Of a DNA stretch of 64,000 nt, positions 55,601 to 64,000 are shown in pieces. The stretch comes from Takakia lepidozioides. Its lineage: Eukaryota > Plantae > Bryophyta. Positions within the stretch are counted from its first letter, which is position 1. Every line of letters begins with the position of its first letter. The notes beneath the pieces are model-generated. The model was not told the origin of the DNA. It ran no database searches and saw nothing but the letters and a program-made list of their open reading frames with translations. The stretch covers positions 27,094,001 to 27,158,000 of the forward strand of contig CM060734.1 in NCBI GenBank assembly GCA_030704615.1, in the 5' to 3' direction. A program made the translations under genes and the position numbers.

Positions 55601-58600
55601 TTGAACATCGAACGATGGGTTCACCCTTTGAATCAATTTCGATTGACCTGATACTCGACACGTACCTCTGACAAGGTATGTCCAACACACTCGCAATGTT
55701 TGAAAGCAATCAAAGATCATTTGAACATCGAACGATGGGTTCACCCTTTCAATCAATTTTGATTGACTTCATACTTGAGAGGAGCATGACAAGGTATGTC
55801 CAACACACTCGCAAAGATTGAAAGCAATCAAAAATTCATTTGAACATCGAACGATGGGTTCACCCTTTGAATCAATTTGATTGACGTGATACTCGACAGG
55901 TACCTCTGACAAGGTATGTCCAACACACTCGCAATGTTTGAAAGCAATCAAAAAATCATTTGAACATCGAACGATGGGTTCACCCTTTCAATCAATTTTG
56001 ATTGACTTCATACTTGAGGGAGCATGTGACAAGGTATGTCCAACACACTCGCAAAGATTGAAAGCAATCAAAAATTCATTTGAACATCGAACGATGGGTT
56101 CACCCTTTGAATCAATTTGATTGACTGATGATACTCCACACGTACCTCTGACAAGGTATGTCCAACACACTCGCAAGTTTGAAAGCAATCAAAAATCATT
56201 TGAACATCGAACGATGGGTTCACCCTTTCAATCAATTTTGATTGACTTCATACTTGAGAGGAGCATGTGACAAGGTATGTCCAACACACTCGCAAGATTG
56301 AAAGCAATCAAAAATCATTTGAACATCGAACGATGGGTTCACCCTTTGAATCAATTTGATTGACTTGATACTCACACGTACCTCTGACAAGGTATGTCCA
56401 ACACACTCGCAATGTTGAAAGCAATCAAAAATCATTTGAACATCGAACGATGGGTTCACCCTTTCAATCAATTTTGATTGACTTCATACTTGAGAGGAGC
56501 ATGTGACAAGGTATGTCCAACACACTCGCAAAGATTGAAAGCAATCAAAATTCATTTGAACATCGAACGATGGGTTCACCCTTTGAATCAATTTCGATTG
56601 ACTGATACTGACACGTACCTCTGACAAGGTATGTCCAACACACTCGCAATGTTTGAAAGCAATCAAAATCATTTGAACATCGAACGATGGGTTCACCCTT
56701 TCAATCAATTTTGATTGACTTCATACTTGAGAGGAGCATGTGACAAGGTATGTCCAACACACTCGCAAAGATTGAAAGCAATCAAAAATTCATTTGAACA
56801 TCGAACGATGGGTTCACCCTTTGAATCAATTTCGATTGACCTGATACTCGACACGTACCTCTGACAAGGTATGTCCAACACACTCGCAATGTTTGAAAGC
56901 AATCAAAAATCATTTGAACATCGAACGATGGGTTCACCCTTTCAATCAATTTTGATTGACTTCATACTTGAGAGGAGCATGTGACAAGGTATGTCCAACA
57001 CACTCGCAATGATTGAAAGCAATCAAAAAATCATTTGAACATCGAACGATGGGTTCACCCTTTCAATCAATTTGATTGACTTCATACTTGAGAGGAGCAT
57101 GTGACAAGGTATGTCCAACACACTCGCAAAGTTGAAAGCAATCAAAAATTCATTTGAACATCGAACGATGGGTTCACCCTTTGAATCAATTTTGATTGAC
57201 CTCATACTCGAGAGGACCTGTGACAAGGTATGTCCAACACACTCGCAATGATTGAAAGCAATCAAAATTCATTTGAACATCGAACGATGGGTTCACCCTT
57301 TCAATCAATTTGATTGACTTCATACTTGAGAGGAGCATGTGACAAGGTATGTCCAACACACTCGCAAAGATTGAAAGCAATCAAAAATCATTTGAACATC
57401 GAACGATGGGTTCACCTTTGAATCAATTTGATTGACTTCATACTCGACACGTACTCTGACAAGGTATGTCCAACACACTCGCAAAGTTTGAAAGCAATCA
57501 AAAATTCATTTGAACATCGAACGATGGGTTCACCCTTTCAATCAATTTTGATTGACTCATACTTGAGAGGAGCATGTGACAAGGTATGTCCAACACACTC
57601 GCAAAGATTGAAAGCAATCAAAAATTCATTTGAACATCGAACGATGGGTTCACCCTTTGAATCAATTTTGATTGACGTGATACTGAGAGGACCTGTGACA
57701 AGGTATGTCCAACACACTCGCAAAGTTTGAAAGCAATCAAAAATCATTTGAACATCGAACGATGGGTTCACCTTTCAATCAATTTCGATTGACTGATACT
57801 CACACGTACCTCTGACAAGGTATGTCCAACACACTCGCAATGTTTGAAAGCAATCAAAATCATTTGAACATCGAACGATGGGTTCACCCTTTCAATCAAT
57901 TTTGATTGACTTCATACTTGAGAGGAGCATGTGACAAGGTATGTCCAACACACTCGCAATGTTTGAAAGCAATCAAAAATCATTTGAACATCGAACGATG
58001 GGTTCACCCTTTCAATCAATTTTGATTGACTTCACTTGAGAGAGCCTGTGACAAGGTATGTCCAACACACTCGCAATGTTGAAAGCAATCAAAAGATCAT
58101 TTGAACATCGAACGATGGGTTCACCCTTTCAATCAATTTTGATTGACTCATACTTGAGAGGAGCATGTGACAAGGTATGTCCAACACACTCGCAAAGATT
58201 GAAAGCAATCAAAAATTCATTTGAACATCGAACGATGGGTTCCCTTTGAATCAATTTCGATTGACCTGATACTCGACACGTACCTCTGACAAGGTATGCA
58301 ACACACTCGCAATGTTTGAAAGCAATCAAAAATCATTTGAACATCGAACGATGGGTTCACCCTTTCAATCAATTTGATTGACTTCATACTGAGAGGAGCA
58401 TGTGACAAGGTATGTCCAACACACTCGCAAAGATTGAAAGCAATCAAAAATTCATTTGAACATCGAACGATGGGTTCACCCTTTGAATCAATTTCGATTG
58501 ACCTGATACTGACACGTACCTCTGACAAGGTATGTCCAACACACTCGCAATGTTTGAAAGCAATCAAAAATCATTTGAACATCGAACGATGGGTTCACCC

Positions 58601-61600
58601 TTTCAATCAATTTGATTGACTTCATACTTGAGAGGAGCATGTGACAAGGTATGTCCAACACACTCGCAAAGATTGAAAGCAATCAAAAATTCATTTGAAC
58701 ATCGAACGATGGGTTCACCCTTTCAATCAATTTGATTGACTTCATACTTGAGAGGAGCATGTGACAAGGTATGTCCAACACACTCGCAATGATTGAAAGC
58801 AATCAAAAATCATTTGAACATCGAACGATGGGTTCACCCTTTCAATCAATTTGATTGACTTCATACTTGAGAGGAGCATGTGACAAGGTATGTCCAACAC
58901 ACTCGCAATGTTGAAAGCAATCAAAAATCATTTGAACATCGAACGATGGGTTCACCCTTTCAATCAATTTTGATTGACTTCATACTTGAGAGGAGCATGT
59001 GACAAGGTATGTCCAACACACTCGCAAAGATTGAAAGCAATCAAAAATTCATTTGAACATCGAACGATGGGTTCACCCTTTGAATCAATTTCGATTGACC
59101 TGATACTCGACACGTACCTCTGACAAGGTATGTCCAACACACTCGCAATGTTTGAAAGCAATCAAAAATCATTTGAACATCGAACGATGGGTTCACCCTT
59201 TCAATCAATTTGATTGACTTCATACTTGAGAGGAGCATGTGACAAGGTATGTCCAACACACTCGCAAAGATTGAAAGCATCAAAAATTCATTTGAACATC
59301 GAACGATGGGTTCACCCTTTGAATCAATTTTGATTGACTGATACTCGACACGTACCATCTGACAAGGTATGTCCAACACACTCGCAATGTTTGAAAGCAA
59401 TCAAAATCATTTAACATCGAACGATGGGTTCACCCTTTCAATCAATTTTGATTGACTTCATACTTGAGAGGAGCATGTGACAAGGTATGTCCAACACACT
59501 CGCAAAGATTGAAAGCAATCAAAATTCATTTGAACATCGAACGATGGGTTCACCCTTTGAATCAATTTCGATTGACCTGATACTCACACGTACCTCTGAC
59601 AAGGTATGTCCAACACACTCGCAATGTTTGAAAGCAATCAAAATCATTTGAACATCGAACGATGGGTTCACCCTTTCAATCAATTTTGATTGACTTCATA
59701 CTTGAGAGGAGCATGTGACAAGGTATGTCCAACACACTCGCAAAGATTGAAAGCAATCAAAATTCATTTGAACATCGAACGATGGGTTCACCCTTTGAAT
59801 CAATTTGATTGACCTGATACTCGACACGTACCTCTGACAAGGTATGTCCAACACACTCGCAATGTTTGAAAGCAATCAAAAATCATTTGAACATCGAACG
59901 ATGGGTTCACCCTTTCAATCAATTTGATTGACTTCATACTTGAGAGGAGCATGTGACAAGGTATGTCCAACACACTCGCAAGATTGAAAGCAATCAAAAA
60001 TTCATTTGAACATCGAACGATGGGTTCACCCTTTGAATCAATTTCGATTGACGTGATACTCGACACGTACCTCTGACAAGGTATGTCCAACACACTCGCA
60101 ATGTTTGAAAGCAATCAAAAATCATTTGAACATCGAACGATGGGTTCACCCTTTCAATCAATTTTGATTGACTTCATACTTGAGAGGAGCATGTGACAAG
60201 GTATGTCCAACACACTCGCAAAGATTGAAAGCAATCAAAAATTCATGTGAACATCGAACGATGGGTTCACCCTTTGAATCAATTTCGATTGACGTGTACT
60301 CGACACGTACCTCTGACAAGGTATGTCCAACACACTCGCAATGTTGAAAGCAATCAAAAATCATTTGAACATCGAACGATGGGTTCACCCTTTCAATCAA
60401 TTTTGATTGACTTCATACTTGAGAGGAGCATGTGACAAGGTATGTCCAACACACTCGCAAAGATTGAAAGCAATCAAAAATCATTTGAACATCGAACGAT
60501 GGGTTCACCCTTTCAATCAATTTGATTGACTTCATACTGAGAGGAGCATGTGACAAGGTATGTCCAACACACTCGCAAAGATGAAAGCAATCAAAAATTC
60601 ATTTGAACATCGAACGATGGGTTCACCCTTGAATCAATTTGATTGACGTGATACTCGACACGTACTCTTGACAAGGTATGTCCAACACACTCGCAATGTT
60701 TGAAAGCAATCAAAATCATTTGAACATCGAACGATGGGTTCACCCTTTCAATCAATTTTGATTGACTTCATACTTGAGAGGAGCATGTGACAAGGTATGT
60801 CCAACACACTCGCAAAGATTGAAAGCAATCAAAAATTCATTTGAACATCGAACGATGGGTTCACCCTTTGAATCAATTTTGATTGACTTCATACTCGACA
60901 CGTACCTTGACAAGGTATGTCCAACACACTCGCAATGTTTGAAAGCAATCAAAAATTCATTTGAACATCGAACGATGGGTTCACCCTTTCAATCAATTTT
61001 GATTGACTTCATACTTGAGAGGAGCATGTGACAAGGTATGTCCAACACACTCGCAAAGATTGAAAGCAATCAAAAATCATTTGAACATCGAACGATGGGT
61101 TCACCCTTTGAATCAATTTCGATTGACGTGATACTGACACGTACCTCTGACAAGGTATGTCCAACACACTCGCAATGTTTGAAAGCAATCAAAAATCATT
61201 TGAACATCGAACGATGGGTTCACCCTTTGAATCAATTTCGATTGACCTGATACTCCACACGTACTCTGACAAGGTATGTCCAACACACTCGCAATGTTTG
61301 AAAGCAATCAAAAATCATTTGAACATCGAACGATGGGTTCACCCTTTCAATCAATTTTGATTGACTTCATACTTGAGAGGAGCATGTGACAAGGTATGTC
61401 CAACACACTCGCAAAGATTGAAAGCAATCAAAAATCATTTGAACATCGAACGATGGGTTCACCCTTTCAATTTTTTGATTGACTCATACTTGAGAGGAGC
61501 ATGTGACAAGGTATGTCCAACACACTCGCAATGTTTGAAAGCAATCAAAATCATTTGAACATCGAACGATGGGTTCACCCTTTCAATCAATTTGATTGAC

Positions 61601-64000
61601 TCATACTGAGAGGAGCATGTGACAAGGTATGTCCAACACACTCGCAAAGATTGAAAGCAATCAAAATTCATTTGAACATCGAACGATGGGTTCACCCTTT
61701 GAATCAATTTCGATTGACTGATACTCGACACGTACCTCTGACAAGGTATGTCCAACACACTCGCAATGTTGAAAGCAATCAAAAATCATTTGAACATCGA
61801 ACGATGGGTTCACCCTTTCAATCAATTTTGATTGACTTCATACTTGAGAGGAGCATGTGACAAGGTATGTCCAACACACTCGCAAAGATTGAAAGCAATC
61901 AAAATTCATTTGAACATCGAACGATGGGTTCACCCTTTGAATCAATTTCGATTGACGTGATACTCGACACGTACCTCTGACAAGGTATGTCCAACACACT
62001 CGCAATGTTTGAAAGCAATCAAAAATCATTTGAACATCGAACGATGGGTTCACCCTTTCAATCAATTTGATTGACTTCATACTTGAGAGGAGCATGTGAC
62101 AAGGTATGTCCAACACACTCGCAAAGATTGAAAGCAATCAAAAATTCATTTGAACATCGAACGATGGGTTCACCCTTTCAATCAATTTTGATTGACTCAT
62201 ACTTGAGAGGAGATGACAAGGTATGTCCAACACACTCGCAAAGTTGAAAGCAATCAAAAATTCATTTGAACATCGAACGATGGGTTCACCCTTTCAATCA
62301 ATTTCGATTGACGTCATACTGAGAGTACCTGTGACAAGGTATGTCCAACACACTCGCAATTTGAAAGCAATCAAAAATCATTTGAACATCGAACGATGGG
62401 TTCACCCTTTCAATCAATTTCGATTGACGTGATACTCGACACGTACCTCTGACAAGGTATGTCCAACACACTCGCAATGTTTGAAAGCAATCAAAATCAT
62501 TTGAACATCGAACGATGGGTTCACCCTTTCAATCAATTTGATTGACTTCATACTTGAGAGGAGCATGTGACAAGGTATGTCCAACACACTCGCAAAGATT
62601 GAAAGCAATCAAAAATTCATTTGAACATCGAACGATGGGTTCACCCTTTGAATCAATTTCGATTGACTGATACTCGACACGAGCTGTGACAAGGTATGTC
62701 CAACACACTCGCAATGTTTGAAAGCAATCAAAAATTCATTTGAACATCGAACGATGGGTTCACCCTTTCAATCAATTTTGATTGACTTCATACTTGAGAG
62801 GAGCATGTGACAAGGTATGTCCAACACACTCGCAAAGATTGAAAGCAATCAAAAATTCATTTGAACATCGAACGATGGGTTCACCCTTTGAATCAATTTC
62901 GATTGACCTGATACTCGACACGTACCTCTGACAAGGGTGTCCAACACACTCGCAATGTTTGAAAGCAATCAAAAATCATTTGAACATCGAACGATGGGTT
63001 CACCCTTTCAATCAATTTTGATTGACTTCATACTTGAGAGGAGCATGTGACAGGTATGTCCAACACACTCGCAAAGATTGAAAGCAATCAAAAATTCATT
63101 TGAACATCGAACGATGGGTTCACCCTTTGAATCAATTTTGATTGACGTGATACTCCACAAGTACCTCTGACAAGGTATGTCCAACACATCGCAATGTTGA
63201 AAGCAATCAAAAATCATTTGAACATCGAACGATGGGTTCACCCTTTCAATCAATTTGATTGACTTCATACTTGAGAGGAGCATGTGACAAGGTATGTCCA
63301 ACACACTCGCAAAGATTGAAAGCAATCAAAAATTCATTTGAACATCGAACGATGGGTTCACCCTTTGAATCAATTTGATTGACGTGATACTCCACACGTA
63401 CCTCTGACAAGGTATGTCCAACACACTCGCAATGTTTGAAAGCAATCAAAAATCATTTGAACATCGAACGATGGGTTCACCCTTTCAATCAATTTTGATT
63501 GACTTCATACTTGAGAGGAGCATGTGACAAGGTATGTCCAACACACTCGCAAAGATTGAAAGCAATCAAAAATTCATTTGAACATCGAACGATGGGTTCA
63601 CCCTTTGAATCAATTTTGATTGACGTGATACTCCACACGTACCTCTGACAAGGTATGTCCAACACACTCGCAATGTTTGAAAGCAATCAAAAATCATTTG
63701 AACATCGAACGATGGGTTCACCCTTTCAATCAATTTTGATTGACTTCATACTTGAGAGGAGCATGTGACAAGGTATGTCCAACACACTCGCAAAGATTGA
63801 AAGCAATCAAAAATTCATTTGAACATCGAACGATGGGTTCACCCTTTGAATCAATTTTGATTGACGTGATACTCCACACGTACCTCTGACAAGGTAAGTC
63901 CAACACACTCGCAATGTTGAAAGCAATCAAAATTCATTTGAACATCGAACGATGGGTTCACCCTTTCAATCAATTTGATTGACTTCATACTTGAGAGGAG

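Larger units (their letters stand above)
11160..64000 (-). repeat. Same ~120-bp satellite array, reverse orientation, ~440 monomers, runs off the window end
   Basis: TGACAAGGTATGTCCAACACACTCGCAA and TCATTTGAACATCGAACGATGGGTTCACCCT (reverse complements of the left-array motifs) recur every ~119-121 bp throughout; no non-satellite insertion larger than ~10 bp noticed. Confidence 0.99.

Noticed and set aside
98-63930. Hundreds of 60-137 aa ORFs (MLSNIASVLDIPCQR..., ...LCECVGHTLSHAPLKYEVNQN), including Cys/His-rich motifs
   Set aside because: These are translations of the satellite in all frames, with lengths set by homopolymer indels and mostly non-ATG starts. There is no recognisable domain and no preservation of frame among copies.
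1-64000. Assignment to a named satellite family or organism (e.g. cereal ~120-bp pSc119.2-type repeats)
   Set aside because: Only the length is similar; I recognise no sequence match and cannot run a database search.

Overview
This window is entirely one AT-rich (~38% GC) tandem satellite DNA family with a ~120-121 bp monomer; no genes, RNA genes or transposons are supportable, and every ORF in the track is a translation artefact of the repeat. The monomer comes in two main types, A (...GTCACATGCTCCTCTCAAG...CAAAATTGATTGAAAG) and B (...GTCAGAGGTACGTGTC(G/A)AG...CGAAATTGATTCAAAG), giving a basic 241-bp AB dimer plus recombinant monomers. Bases 1-10659 are in one orientation and form an almost perfect 28-monomer, ~3.36-kb higher-order repeat (3.2 copies, marked by a 12-bp-deleted monomer). 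A 500-N scaffold gap (10660-11159) follows. Then 11160-64000 is the same satellite in the opposite orientation, noisier, with its own diagnostic variants; by reading monomers as A/B letters I find a ~92-monomer (~11 kb) periodicity from about 14.6 to 37.5 kb. The monomer is unusually dense in short dyad symmetries around an invariant core. It looks like a eukaryotic centromeric or heterochromatic satellite, but I cannot identify the organism or a named family. Monomer typing was done by eye and needs computational confirmation.
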